DNA of 64,000 nt, taken from contig NC_068981.1 of assembly GCF_001194135.2 (NCBI RefSeq), positions 107,346,770 through 107,410,769 of the forward strand, in the 5' to 3' direction. This document shows positions 25,682-39,838 of this stretch, in pieces (positions within the stretch are counted from its first letter, which is position 1; every line of letters starts with the position of its first letter). The notes beneath the pieces were generated by a model, which was given only the letters and a program-made list of their open reading frames with translations, was not told the DNA's origin and did no database searches. The stretch comes from Octopus bimaculoides (taxonomy: Eukaryota). Made by a program: the position numbers and the translations under genes.

Positions 25682-28600
25682 GTAGAAGAAATAAATTCAA
25701 GGAAAGCAGGTATGAGAGAAAGAACACCACAAAGACTGAAAACAAACTGAAGGAGGACAGAATAGATCTTGACGCAGAAAGCAAGAGAAAGACAAGAAAC
25801 AGACAATTGGGGATTATAATTTTTTTTACCATTACCTTGTGGGATAGGTTTCTTTTGCAGTGCATTTATAATTAGTTGATTGAATGTTTTCTACTGCAAT
25901 GTCAATATGACTGGTTGGCATTGTTGAATTTTGAAAATCTTGATTCTGTCTCTTGGACTTCATACCATTGAGCATTTGTAAAGTTTGTTAAAATGTTTTT
26001 GCTTACTTCATTGTTGTGCAAGTTAGTATGCAAGTTAGTATGGTGGTCCAGAGAAAGTTGCAGAATTGTTTGCCAAGTGGTTATGGTAGCTTGACTCGGG
26101 GGTTGAGAAAGTGCTCTAGGAAGAATTGTCATGCAGAGGCTTGACAAGTAACAATTATCTGGTTCACATCATGTGGCCATTTGCTGTATAATATAATTGT
26201 GTATGTGTGTGTGTGTGTATGTGTGTACATATATAATATTTTGCATGAAAGTTATATGAATTTGTTCATAAGCTTGCTTATGTATATTATGTGTATATAG
26301 CATCAACACTGACAAGGTATCCACCCAAGAGTGATGAAGAACATTCAGCACATACCTTATTATAATAGATTATAGCAGAACTATGGCTTGATTAGTAGAG
26401 CTCTGAAAGTTTTTCTTTCTTTCTTTCGTTCTCTCTCTCTCTCACACACACATGTGACTGAGGAAGGGAATTGGAGAGAAAGAAGAGAAAGATCAATGAG
26501 ATCAAAGAGCAATGACATCAGAAGACATGAATGGGTGGGAGGAACAAAAGTATTATGGAATGAGGGTAAGGATATGTATAGGTGGTGAGGAAAAGGGGAG
26601 TTGTAAGCAAAAGCAGGTGAACAAAAGTAGAGATTCTGATGAGATAAAGTTGAGAGTAGATGAAGGGTCGCATTAGAGGTGGTTCAGAAGAAAAAGAACA
26701 CTGGCTGGCAGCACAGCATGGTAAGTTAGAATATACTGAATGGGAGAGATGAGGGTGACTTAATGTCATCTCCTATGTATAGTTCTGCAGAAGGGCAAGT
26801 GGATAGTGTGATAAGGGTAGATCAATCAGTACAGGTAAGAGGATTGAAATTTACCTGGTGGAATTTTCCGTAGTGGAATTTACCTAGAACTGTTAGAGAC
26901 ATAGATGAAAAGTGCATTAAAAAATAGGTAGATGAAAGGATGGATCAAAAATGAGGTAGGTTTAGCAGGGTTTAAATATTAAAACCTCTAAACACTACAG
27001 TTGAATTAGAGTATGTGTGGTTGTGAGGAGAATGGTTCAACTGCAGCACTATGTATCACCAATCGATACAGCTCTTTGACATATCTATGAAATACATCTT
27101 TCAGTTAGCCTTCAATTTATCCCATGTTTGCTTGGACTCCCTTTTCCAGGTCTTCCACTCAGTACTTATGCAGCAGTATTCCTCCATGCACATCACACAC
27201 CCATACCAACATAACCTTCTCTCTTGTACACAACACCCAGTTTCTTTTTCAGTTCATTCGCACTCTGGTGTTCATGGACACTAATATTACATGCATACAA
27301 AGATGCATGCACATGCACTTATATACATATATACTCATAAATATATATGCACATATATACACACACACACATTTAAAAATACTTACACATACATATACAC
27401 TACACAAACATATAAATAAATGCACTTATATACAACTCACACACATGCATATGTACACACTTAAACACACATATACATATGTACACATATAAACACACAC
27501 ATGTGCGAAGGCGCATGGCTCAGTGGTTAGAGCATTGAGCTTACGATCGTGAGGTTGTGAGTTCGAATCCCGGACCGGGCTGCATGTTGTGTTCTTGAGC
27601 AAGACACTTTANNNNNNNNNNTCCCGGACCGGGCTGCATGTTGTGTTCTTGAGCAAGACACTTTATTTCACATTGCTCCAGTTCACTCAGCTGTAGAAAT
27701 GAGTTGCGACGTCACATGTGCCAAGATGTATCGGCCTTTGTCTTTCTCTTGGATAACACTGGTGGCATGGAGAGGGGAGGCCATCATGCATGGGCGACTG
27801 CTGGTCTTTCATAAACAACCTTGCCCAGACTTGTGCCTGGGTGGTAACTTTCTAGGTGCAATCCCATGGTCAGTCATGACCTAAGGGGGTCTCATCAATC
27901 ACACACACATACATATGTACACATATAAACACACACATATATTCATACAGTGTATATATATTATACATACACACTCACACAGACACAATGTGCATACATA
28001 CATGCACCCATCTACACACACACATACATAAACTGGACACATCAAATGATTGAGCTCTGTAGGGCCTTTTGCTACTAACAAATGTATGCATTCTACATAA
28101 CTGATTTCTTATTTGAACTATGATCTTCCAAGATCATATATATAGACACAAACTCACACACGTGTGTGTGTGTGTGTGTGAACTGGTGTGTTATGTCCCC
28201 TTATTTTAGCAATGTAGCGTAGTTGTTGAATGTGTACTTAAATTTATAACATTGTCAAAATCCCTCTAAGTTGGTACCATAGCACAGCTGCAGCTGAATG
28301 ACTGTAGCTATCTTAAGAATATAAGAAATACGCACAAATTGTTTTATGTTCAGGCTAAAATCAGATACACTTGACATCAATAAAAACAGTCTCACAGAAT
28401 GCAGAAAGTAGAGAAAAACAGCAGGAAATGCACTAACAGTAAGGGAAACAACATATGGTAAAGATATGAAAATAATTGCACAAGAAAAAAAAAAAAGATT
28501 TTAATATAAGCAAGCAACAGTTTGCATGAAATAAATAAACACAAGAAAGTAAAAGAGAGTAAAGAAACTAGAGCACAAGGCACACAAGCAGTAAGAAAAG

Positions 28601-31600
28601 AAAAAAGATCATGTGACATAACACTGTGTTGATAACTAATTAATATAGGAATATAAGTTGTAGAAGGAAGAGGTAATAGCCAGCTTACATGGCTATCCTG
28701 GTACACCCCAGCCCACTTGATGTATTCAGAATGATTAAGGGCCAAAGGTCGAGCTAGAACTCCTATATAGTGCTGGAATAAATAACATAGCAAGCATAGC
28801 TTAAGTCACACAGTTTACAGCAGTACCAACATATTTTACACATGGATTGCAACCAAAATAAAACAATAAAAAATTTCCAAAACTTATAGTTATTACTTTT
28901 CTTTTGTATTTAGTAATAAATGTAGTCATTTATATAAATATTTTCTATAAAATATGCATTGATTCTTACTTTGCATATAATTATTAATACAAAAATTAAA
29001 TTTTGTTTGTGAAATTCCTTTCAAATAGCTTTCGTCATCATTAATCAATAGCCTTTTATTGCTGGTTGAAATATACCCCAAAATTACATTACAAAACAAA
29101 ACAGGCATTATATAGATATATGTAAATCAATATGTATGAATATATATGTAAATTAATATGTATGAATATATCCATGTATATAAATATATTTATTTATATA
29201 TATTATTTGTAGGATTCATTAGGGTTATTATATATATGTGCGTGCATTCCTAATGTATTTTTTAACATTATTATTACAGTTGTTATTATCGTTGTTACTA
29301 TAACTATTAGTAGTATTTTGAACTGATTGAACCCCAAGCAAAATTTAGTTACATTCCATTAGAATCTGATTTCAAATTCTATGAACGATGACTTTAGATT
29401 TCCTCCTTCTAAAGTGAAAAAAAAATAAATACAAGTACTAGCACCAAATAAATGCTCATAATTATCAAAAGTAATGTAAGTTAATATTAGTATTAGTAGT
29501 GCTGGGAATAATGGCAATTGTTAATTAGCATGGACATGAATAAATAGCAATAATACTATTATCAGTAGTAATGTTATTAACTGAACTAATTAATAGTTTC
29601 TTTTTTATAAATTTTCTAAAACAATATGTGTTGACCTATACCAAATGTGTTTTAGAATTAAACTCTTTAAACAGGAGGTGTATTTAATTTTCACACAAAT
29701 GATGGATTTTTTTACGTAAACTATCTGGTAGAAAATGGAAATTCTAAGAGAGGTACCATTTTATGTTGGGTGTAAAAACATGAATTGACAAATATATGGT
29801 GATATCTTAAATAAGGATGATGGAATGGAGCTTATGTTTTACAAAGCAAATTTTACATATCACCAATGAAGGAAGGGTGTGCTGAAAAATTATTCTAGTA
29901 TAATCATCATCATCATCGTTTAACGTCCGCTTTCCATGCTAGCATGGGTTGGACGATTTGACTGAGGACTGGTGAAACCGGATGGCAACACCAGGCTCCA
30001 ATCTAATTTGGCTGAGTTTCTACAGCTGGATGCCCTTCCTAACGCCAACCACTCAGAGAGTGTATAATAATTTATAATAATCAAGGGGATAATTCTTTAT
30101 GCTATGAGTTATGTAATTTTGCTTTGCAAACAGATTATTATAAAACAAACTATTGTTTGTCTTTAACATTTGTTTATTAACCAGAAAAATTACCCTTATA
30201 CAAAGTCTCTTACAACCAACAAAGAATCCTCTACACGCTAGAAATAATAGCCAAGTCCCCAACTCCCATCTAATATTTTAGAAGTACAAGACAATATCAA
30301 TAACACTACACAGCTGTTTGACCTGCTAGAAAGTGGCCAGATCTCCAACTCATACCACATCATTTAAAAAGAAATTGAGACCATGTCTACTCAGTTTTTA
30401 TCTAGGGTTAAAGAATGACAAGTTCTCATAATTTTTTTACATTTCTTTCTATTTTTTATTCTCCCTCACTTTCTTATGAAGAAGGATAGCAATGCTAATA
30501 TCAAATCCAAAAGCAATCATCAATATCAACATTATGAACATAATATTGATAATTAGAATTAAGTGAGCATGAGGATGATTATGTGCTTAGTCCAGTCAAA
30601 TTTTAAATAAATTCATTTAACAAAATCAAATTCTGACTAAGTTTATACTGAATTTAATTTCTTATCATTCTTAGTTGAAAATTGTTATATTCTTCCAACC
30701 TTTCTAACATCAAATTTGGCGTTGTTGTGACATTGAGTAATATTCAACAAACTCAAATTATTTATGCCTATACAGCATTAAAAGCCATAATTCAACTATG
30801 AATATTATAAATTTTTACATTTTCTTGGCTCCTCTAGGCTCTTTAATTATATTTCTCCTATTATATTGTTTATTTTAATGGTATATTTGGATTAGACTAT
30901 AAATATGAAGTATATAACAAAAGAAACATAAAAGTTTTTATAATATTATTTATATTAAATTTGAAATTTCCGTATATTCTTTAACCCATTAATAACCAAT
31001 GCCCCATTTTTTGAGACATGTTTATTTACCAAATATAATTCATTACTGGTAATTACTCTAACAAAAAATATTGCATCTATTAATATTTGAATATTTGGTA
31101 AGGTTCAATGAGCTCTTACAAAAATACATATCTCCTCAACAATAATGGATATAATTTTCCTTTTGGAATAAAAGATTTTTTTTAAATGTGTTTTTTTTTT
31201 CACAAGAAACTACATAAAAAGAGCTATTTACTTATCATTATTGGAATCTTCCTATGACTTAATTACTTTCTACATTTTTCATTTCTTTCAAATATTAAAA
31301 ACAATTTTATATAAAAAAAAAAAATCAATGCTTAAAAATATTTACACAAAAAAATTCGGAAACAATGATAACAAGAATCAATGCATATTCAAAACTAGCT
31401 GAGAATTAGGCAAGTAAAAAAAAAATACATTTTCTGTTTCACTGAATGCTAAAACCCCTTGAAGGTGCAAGATTCCTTTGAATCTAATTAACTGTTCTTC
31501 CTGATTTTGTTTTCATGCAAAAATATCTTATAACTCCATTATAAACAGCTGATGTTTGTTTTTATACTCTAAATTAAAAACAAAACAAATTAGATTTAAT

Positions 31601-34600
31601 TTCCATAAGTAAACCTGTAATGCATTTTTTTAAAAAAAGGTTCTGGATTATTTAAAACTTTATGATTTAATTTTAATCAGTAAATGGTAAAATATGATTT
31701 GAGACATTTTCTGAATAACACCTGGAAAAAATATAATCCTTTATAGAATCATGCTACAATTACAGAATAGCCATTTAATGACGAGATACATGACAAAGTA
31801 AGTTTTTAGATTTAATAAAATATCTCAAAATAGAAGTTAAGAAATATTTTGAACTTGCAAATTAATTCACTGATAAATATTTACAATTACAGAATTATTT
31901 AAAATGAAAGTCGTTATTGAAGAGTATCAGAAATGAATATTGTTTTAATGAATATTGCTTTATATTCAAATCAAATTTGTACTGGGAATTTTAAACTACA
32001 CCATACTTACTTGAACTTTGGATCGTATAGCACCCATGGCTGGAATCTGTGAAAAATAACCTGAAAAAAATTATAGCTATCAGTATAACTATCATCATTA
32101 TCAAACCATTAACAAAATTTTCAAAAGTAAAAATGTTTGCTCAATATGCTTTATATATATTTTGTTGTGTTGGGGTGAGTCATACTGTCTTAATATATAT
32201 ATATATATATATGAAGATGAGGTTGTCCTTGTGCTCTTGTGCTGGTGACCAATTCCCCTGACAAGAGATCTTTTGGGACCCTCCTGTCCAGCATGCAATG
32301 TACATGACCAAGCCAGTGCAGATGAAAGGGTGAGTATACTGGGTATAGTACTGACCACATTTATATATATGTGCCAAACAGCCATTGAGCATGATGTGGT
32401 ACTCTGACTTGTTGAATCTTGTTGAACCATCCAATCAGTGCCAGCATAGAAAATGGACATTAAATAGTAAAGATCATGGCATTGAAACACAGTTATTCCA
32501 ACTTTGTGTGGTAAGTTGCTTGCTTACCAACCACATGGTTCCGGGTTCAATCCCACTGCGTGGCATCTTGGGCAAGTGTCTTCTACTATAGTCTCAGGCC
32601 AACCAAAGCCTTGTGAGTGGATTTGGTAGACGGAAACTGCAAGAAGCCCGTCGTATATATGTATACATATGTGTGTGTGTATGTTTGTGCATCTGTGTTT
32701 GTCCCCCCCAACATTGCTTGACAACTGATGCTAGTGTGTTTACGTCCCCGTAACTTAGCGGTTCGGCAAAAGAGACCGATAGAATAAGTACTAGGCTTAC
32801 AAAAAATAAGTCCTGGGGTTGCTTTGCTCGACTAAAGGCAGTGCTCCAGCATGGCTACAGTCAAATGACTGAAACAAGTAAAGAGTACTATTAAAAAAAA
32901 GGTTCAACAATTCTTAGACTTTTTTATATTCAACACTAACAGAGAAGTTAGCATAATTGTTTCACTTCAGGTAATGGGTAGTACTTTTAAAATTATCTCC
33001 TTGATATTTTGTCAACTATACACAATCCAAATCTTTGGTGGATCTGAAAACTTTAAAAACTTTGTTTATGTATCAATGATTGGAAAAGGCAAAGTGCTTT
33101 ATAAATGCTAATTTGAAGATTTACAAGACGTTGTAGGAAAAAATAGAATGTAATTAAATCACCAAGCCATGACAGATTTAGAACTGAGTATAATTAAGGC
33201 TTCTAGAGGTAAAGTGCAAGGTGTCACTAACAATGTTAGTTTTTTTTTCCATTTACAATGCTGTATTTGGCTGAAAATTCAGAAGAATGAACTCAGTATA
33301 CAATACCACAACGACAAAAAACTTCAGTTTAAAATTGTGTAATGTTTTTGCATTAGCATTCCTTTAGTCTGATAAAAATTCAAGGAGTTTTTAATGAACT
33401 GAAAGTCTTTTTATCTAAAGAAGCCAGAAAATTTACTGACTGACTCAAGGCCAAGAAAAGATTTGCATAAAGATGCAGTTGTTTGATTACAAACATTATT
33501 TCTACCAGATTTTTGTTAGTATATAATTGCATGTACCCTAAACAACATTGAAGTGTGACAGATGTGAAAAATTTAAGGGATACTCATGCTGGTGCATATC
33601 AAATTATAGAATTTCAAAAAGGGCTGAATCACACTGAAGGTGATAATAAATGTATTCCCTAGAACAAGATATGTCTCAGAGAAAAAAAGGCAGGTTTTCA
33701 TTCACTGTCCCTCTGATACATATATTTTCATTTAAAAAGTAAATGTATTTTAATGTTTCTCAAATAGATTCACATTTGATAAATGTGCTTTAAATTTTTT
33801 TTTTTTCTGAATATTTTTGGGGTTTTCATATTTCAGGATTTCAACATCTGAATGATATTTTGGGGATTCTGATATTTCAGGATTTCAACATTTGGGATTG
33901 ATAACCCACTTATACCACATTTATATGTATGTGTGTGAGCATGTGTTTATCTCTATTGTTGAGGTCCATATCTGCAATAACCAGTGGAAGTGCTGTAATT
34001 AATTATCTTTGTCAGTAGTTTTTGATCTTTTTATTAGTTAGCTAATCTGAATTGATATCTTGAATTTTAAAGAACATTAGAAAAGCAAGTGTTTTTGTAA
34101 AAACAAACGACACAAGTTTTTATAACATGGTTGTAAGGAAAACGTATGTTATATTACTTCAATGAAATGTAAGAAAATCAAAAGGATATGAAAATCTATT
34201 GTTTAAATTTGTCTGGCAATTTGGAACAGAATTCCTTTATTGTCATTTACCTTAAAGGAATTCTGTTCCAAATTGCCAGACAAATTTGAACAATAGATTT
34301 TCATATCCTTTTGATTTTCTTACATTTCATTGAAGTAATATTACATACATTTTCCTTACAACCATGTTATAAAAACCTGTGTCGTTTGTTTTTACAAAAA
34401 CACTTGCTTTTCTAATGTTCTTTAAAATTCAACATATCAATTCAGATTAGCTAACTAATAAAAAGATCAAAAACTTCTGACAAAGATAATTAATTACAGC
34501 ACTTCCACTGGTTATTGCAGATATCTTTAATCACAATTCTTTGTTTAATTTAACTAAAACAAACTAACCTAAAATACATTTTCCCCACATTACTGTGACA

Positions 34601-34672
34601 TTTCAATACAATGATTTATACAAATATGTAAATTTTTGAGAACTGCCTACTCCTTGTAAACATAAAGAAAAG

Positions 34673-34712
<40 letters not shown>

Positions 34713-35335
34713 TTATTGCCAAGATGTCTCACATGCGCAAATTTACAGTATGCCAGAATTAAATGAATTCTAATAACAGGTACATTATGGGTACCTCATT
34801 GAATTTCAATCAACGTGGTCATTTTCATTTATTCTTTAAACAATCAACCAAATTCTTTTGTAAGATATTTCAAATCTATAATATAAGGGTTTATAACAAA
34901 GATTAAGGAGATGTAATAGATGAATTACTCAAAATATGTAAAAATATAATTAAGTTTGAAAACATCAAGTAAGGTTACCTCGATTACTACAGGCCATCCA
35001 ACGAATAGCAGACGTAGGATTTGCAGTAGGACCTACTGCATACGTGAAAACTCTCACCTGTAATAAAAAGAAATGTTATTACAACCAGGAATTGAACATA
35101 AATTATGTTAATATAGTCACAATTGTATTGGATTTAGTAAAAACGAACATAGTTGAAACAATGGACAGTTCACAACTAAAACTTACTTCATCAGAGGTGG
35201 CAGAAAGGAAAAGTATAGTCAATCTGTCAGTCTATTCTTACAAACTCATTTCTCTACTTCATATTTTATGATTATGATTTTAATAAGCTTTTCTATAGAT
35301 AAAATTAAAACTACATATGTATGTGTGTGTGTGTG

Positions 35336-35369
<34 letters not shown>

Positions 35370-36856
35370 TATATAACATAGTCATCATCATCCTTTAACG
35401 TTCATTTTCCATACTGGCACAGGTTGGACAGTTTGACCAGACCTGGCAAGCCAGAGAGCTGCACCAGGTTCCAGGCTGATTTGGCTTGGTTTCTATGGCT
35501 GGATGCCCTACCAAGTGTCAACCACTTTACAGAGTGTGTTGGGTGCTTTTAATGTGGCACCAGGTACATATGTGTGTGTATGTGTGTGTGTGTGTACCAT
35601 AATATATATACATCAAGAAAAGGCAAATATACTGCAATATTCATATTGAGATAATATCTCTCATAGTTGTGCTTTGTTTAAAAACAAATATACCAGCTGC
35701 AGTTGAAAACTGTCTGCCACTGATGTAGTGATGAGAATGCTAACATGCACATTTCTGCCTTGTTGGACTTTATCAACTTGTTAAGCTTGTACTTGCTACT
35801 TATTGCATACTAAAACAAAATCCATTGCTACTGACTGGTATAGGAAAATAATCAACTACTCACATACTTTTTTTTAAACAATGTACACCATGATATTTTC
35901 AAGTTTATAGGCAAGATGTATTACTTTGAAGCTTTGTAGAAAGGGTAATACAGGTGAAGGATGTAACAGTAGTAGCAGTAAGAACTGATCTTTCTACTTT
36001 GTGAAAAAGTATTAATACATTAAGAAAAATCAAATATAAGTTTTATGTAGTCAGTTTATATCAAATATAGATAAAATGATTAGCATCATATGCATCAAGA
36101 ACAATTAGAGCAATTTTGTATGTGGTTGCTCAACCTGATAGAAATAGATGCCAAATCTGTATCCAACAGTCTGCTTTAAAAGGGAGAATATATTGATGTG
36201 GTCAGAGATACACTGTATACGAAAAAAGAGAAGATGGGCATGACTGAAAAGCTTTTGATGATAGATTTAATCAATCAAGGTTGACCTGGGGCTGAAGAAT
36301 AATAAGTTTTTTGCGAGGCTCATTTTAAATGTAAGAAAATATACATACCGACTTATTTTTTGACCAGTTGTATTTTTCAAAAACCTCTTTGGCATTATCA
36401 GTTCCACCATCAGTAAGTAACATGATGACTTCATTGCACTGGGCACCAACTCCATTTTGTTTAGATTTGTTTCTGAACTATAATAAAATGATATATTAAG
36501 ATAAATACAAAATAAGAATAAGTAGCAAATAATGAGAAGAACAAGATAAACATTAAAAAAATATGCATAGGTGAAGGTGCGGTTGTATAAGAAGCTTCCT
36601 TCCCAACTACATGGTTCTGGGTTCAGTCCCACTGCATGGCACCTTGGGCAAGTGTCTTCTTGTATAGCACTTGCGAGTGGATTTGGTAGACGGAAACCGA
36701 AAAAAGCTTGTCATATGTGTGTGTTTGTCCCCCATCACCAGTTGACAACCTGTGTTGGTGTGTATATGTCCCTGTAACTTAGCGGTTCAACAACAGTGAC
36801 CAATAGAATAATACACACACACACACACATATATATATACACGTGTATATATATAT

Positions 36857-36887
<31 letters not shown>

Positions 36888-37092
36888 GAAGAATGTACGA
36901 AAAAAACAACAACAGACGAGGACAGGTGATGTAAACAACAAAAGGATGTATTAGTATGATGCTCGAGAATACGGAAAGCCTTTTACGTTTCGAGCTATGC
37001 TCTTCAACAGAAAGAATACGGAGACAAGGAGAAAAACACGGAGAAAAAAAATTGAATAGTGTCCAGTCAGCGGTCAATCATAGTAATGGCTA

Positions 37093-37142
<50 letters not shown>

Positions 37143-39799
37143 GTACATATATATACATATATAAATATTTATATATATATATATATATATACATATATAA
37201 ACAAATAATCCATATAACATTTAATATATTAAACAAAACTATATAAATTTCATCAGATAAATGAAATGAAGCAGATTAGATGCTAAGATGGATTAATCTT
37301 TTACTTCATAATCCTTGACAATTGTTTCACACAAAAAGAACCAAGATTTCCATAAACAGAAGATCACAAAGACCGAATTTGTTTTCATCAATTGGTGAAA
37401 GTTTAATGGAAAATAAGAAAAACATTTAAAATATACCGTGAAGTTTCTCTAAGCTATCATTATTAAATCCGTATTAGTATAATCCTTCTTCCACTCATGA
37501 TACTCTCAATCAAGATGAAAAAGTTAAAGGAATTGGGTGTTTAAATACCTAATAGTTAATTCTTGAATGCCTCACTATGAAATCCGATAAATATCCATTC
37601 AAAAGCCCCCTACAGAAAATACGGGTCAAGATGTATACATGTGCATGTGTTTGTGTGTCTGTTTGTCCCCACCAACATGGCTTGACAACCGCTGCTAGTG
37701 TGTTAACGTCGCCGTAACTTAGCGGTTCAGCAAAAGAGAATGATAGAAGTACTAGGCTTCCAAAGAATAAATCCTGGGGTCAATTTGCTCGACTAAAGGA
37801 GGTGCTCAAGCATGGCCACAGTCAAATGACTGAAACAAGTAAAAGAATAAAAGAAAAAAACAATATACATATATGTATAATTATATATATACACATACAC
37901 ACACACACACACACACACTCTCTGAGTGGTTGGCGTTAGGAAGGGCATCCAGCTNNNNNNNNNNNNNNNNNNNNNNNNNNNNNNNNNNNNNNNNNNNNNN
38001 NNNNNNNNNNNNNNNNNNNNNNNNNNNNNNNNNNNNNNNNNNNNNNNNNNNNNNGTGGCAGATGTTCAGGAGCAATAAACACTGAAAATGTGCAGAAAAC
38101 AACTGCTGCCACAATCCAGGGAGAAAAACCAGAAGTAGTTGATAGCTTCCGCTATCTTGGTGACCAAATTAGCAGTGGGGGTGGGTGCGCTGAAAGTGTA
38201 GCTGCTAGAATAAGAATAGCCTGGGCAAAGTTCAGAGAGCTCTTACCTCCGCTGGCAACAAACGGCCTCTCACTCAGAGTAAAAGGCAGACTGTATGATG
38301 CATGTGTACGAACAGCCATGCTACATGGCAGTGAAACATGGGCCGTGACTACTGAGGACATGCATAAGCTCACAAGGAATGAAGCCAGTATGCTCCATAC
38401 CTCATCTTTAATATTGTCCTCTCTCACTACAGTTTACACTGAACTCCAGCCTACCCACCCCAGTCACTAGATTATCTTTCTTTTCCACCAACACTTGCCT
38501 TCCCCCACCAACTCTTGCAACCTATCTAACCACTCATCTTTCACTCACATTCTCCCATTGTCTACTGTATCATCATCATTATTATCCTTGAAGGTGGCAA
38601 GCCAGCAGAATCATTAGCATGCTGGATGAAATGCTTAATGGTATTTCACCCATTGCTATGTTCTGAGTTCAAATTCCCTTGAGGTCAACTTTGTCTTTCA
38701 TCCTTTCGGGATCAATAAAAGATGTACCAGTAGAACATTGAGGTCAAAGTAATCAACTCATCCCCACCTCCCCCAAGCTACCTTTGTGGAAAAAATTTGA
38801 AATAATAATTATTATCATTCTTATCTTCCCCATCATCAATAGTTGCTACACTACTCATTATCCACTGTTCACAACATTTATTGCAAAATCTCAACCCTAC
38901 TCAATCTCTATAGTTGTCATCTACTCTTCACCATCTCCCCTACTCATCATCCACTCAATAGTTGTTTTTCATTATTTTCACTGCCTCACCCATTCCTCAC
39001 CTCTCACTCTTGCGACATCCACCTACTCACACACCTGGTTCTTCTAGTTCCATTCACTTCTACTCACTTTGTACTTTGAAGGTCAACACATATGCCTTAT
39101 TACCATTATTTTCATCTCTTCCATGCTATATCCCAATCCCCCCCNNNNNNNNNNNNNNNNNNNNNNNNNNNNNNNNNNNNNNNNNNNNNNNNNNNNNNNN
39201 NNNNNNNNNNNNNNNNNNNNNNNNNNNNNNNNNNNNNNNNNNNNNNNNNNNNNNNNNNNNNNNNNNNNNNNNNNNNNNNNNNNNNNNNNNNNNNNNNNNN
39301 NNNNNNNNNNNNNNNNNNNNNNNNNNNNNNNNNNNNNNNNNNNNNNNNNNNNNNNNNNNNNNNNNNNNNNNNNNNNNNNNNNNNNNNNNNNNNNNNNNNN
39401 NNNNNNNNNNNNNNNNNNNNNNNNNNNNNNNNNNNNNNNNNNNNNNNNNNNNNNNNNNNNNNNNNNNNNNNNNNNNNNNNNNNNNNNNNNNNNNNNNNNN
39501 NNNNNNNNNNNNNNNNNNNNNNNNNNNNNNNNNNNNNNNNNNNNNNNNNNNNNNNNNNNNNNNNNNNNNNNNNNNNNNNNNNNNNNNNNNNNNNNNNNNN
39601 NNNNNNNNNNNNNNNNNNNNNNNNNNNNNNNNNNNNNNNNNNNNNNNNNNNNNNNNNNNNNNNNNNNNNNNNNNNNNNNNNNNNNNNNNNNNNNNNNNNN
39701 NNNNNNNNNNNNNNNNNNNNNNNNNNNNNNNNNNNNNNNNNNNNNNNNNNNNNNNNNNNNNNNNNNNNNNNNNNNNNNNNNNNNNNNNNNNNNNNNNNN

Positions 39800-39838
<39 letters not shown>

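Noticed and set aside
25325-25875. Cluster of overlapping 93-141 aa ORFs
   Set aside because: They span a mariner end and (AT)n/(TG)n microsatellites; the YIYI/CVCV translations are artefacts.
27510-27585. tRNA-like sequence with A and B boxes
   Set aside because: It continues into a SINE body and has no convincing acceptor-stem closure; a SINE head, not a tRNA gene.
27570-27665. Apparent direct duplication within the SINE
   Set aside because: The same ~40 nt appear on both sides of a 10-N gap, the typical signature of unmerged overlapping contig ends.
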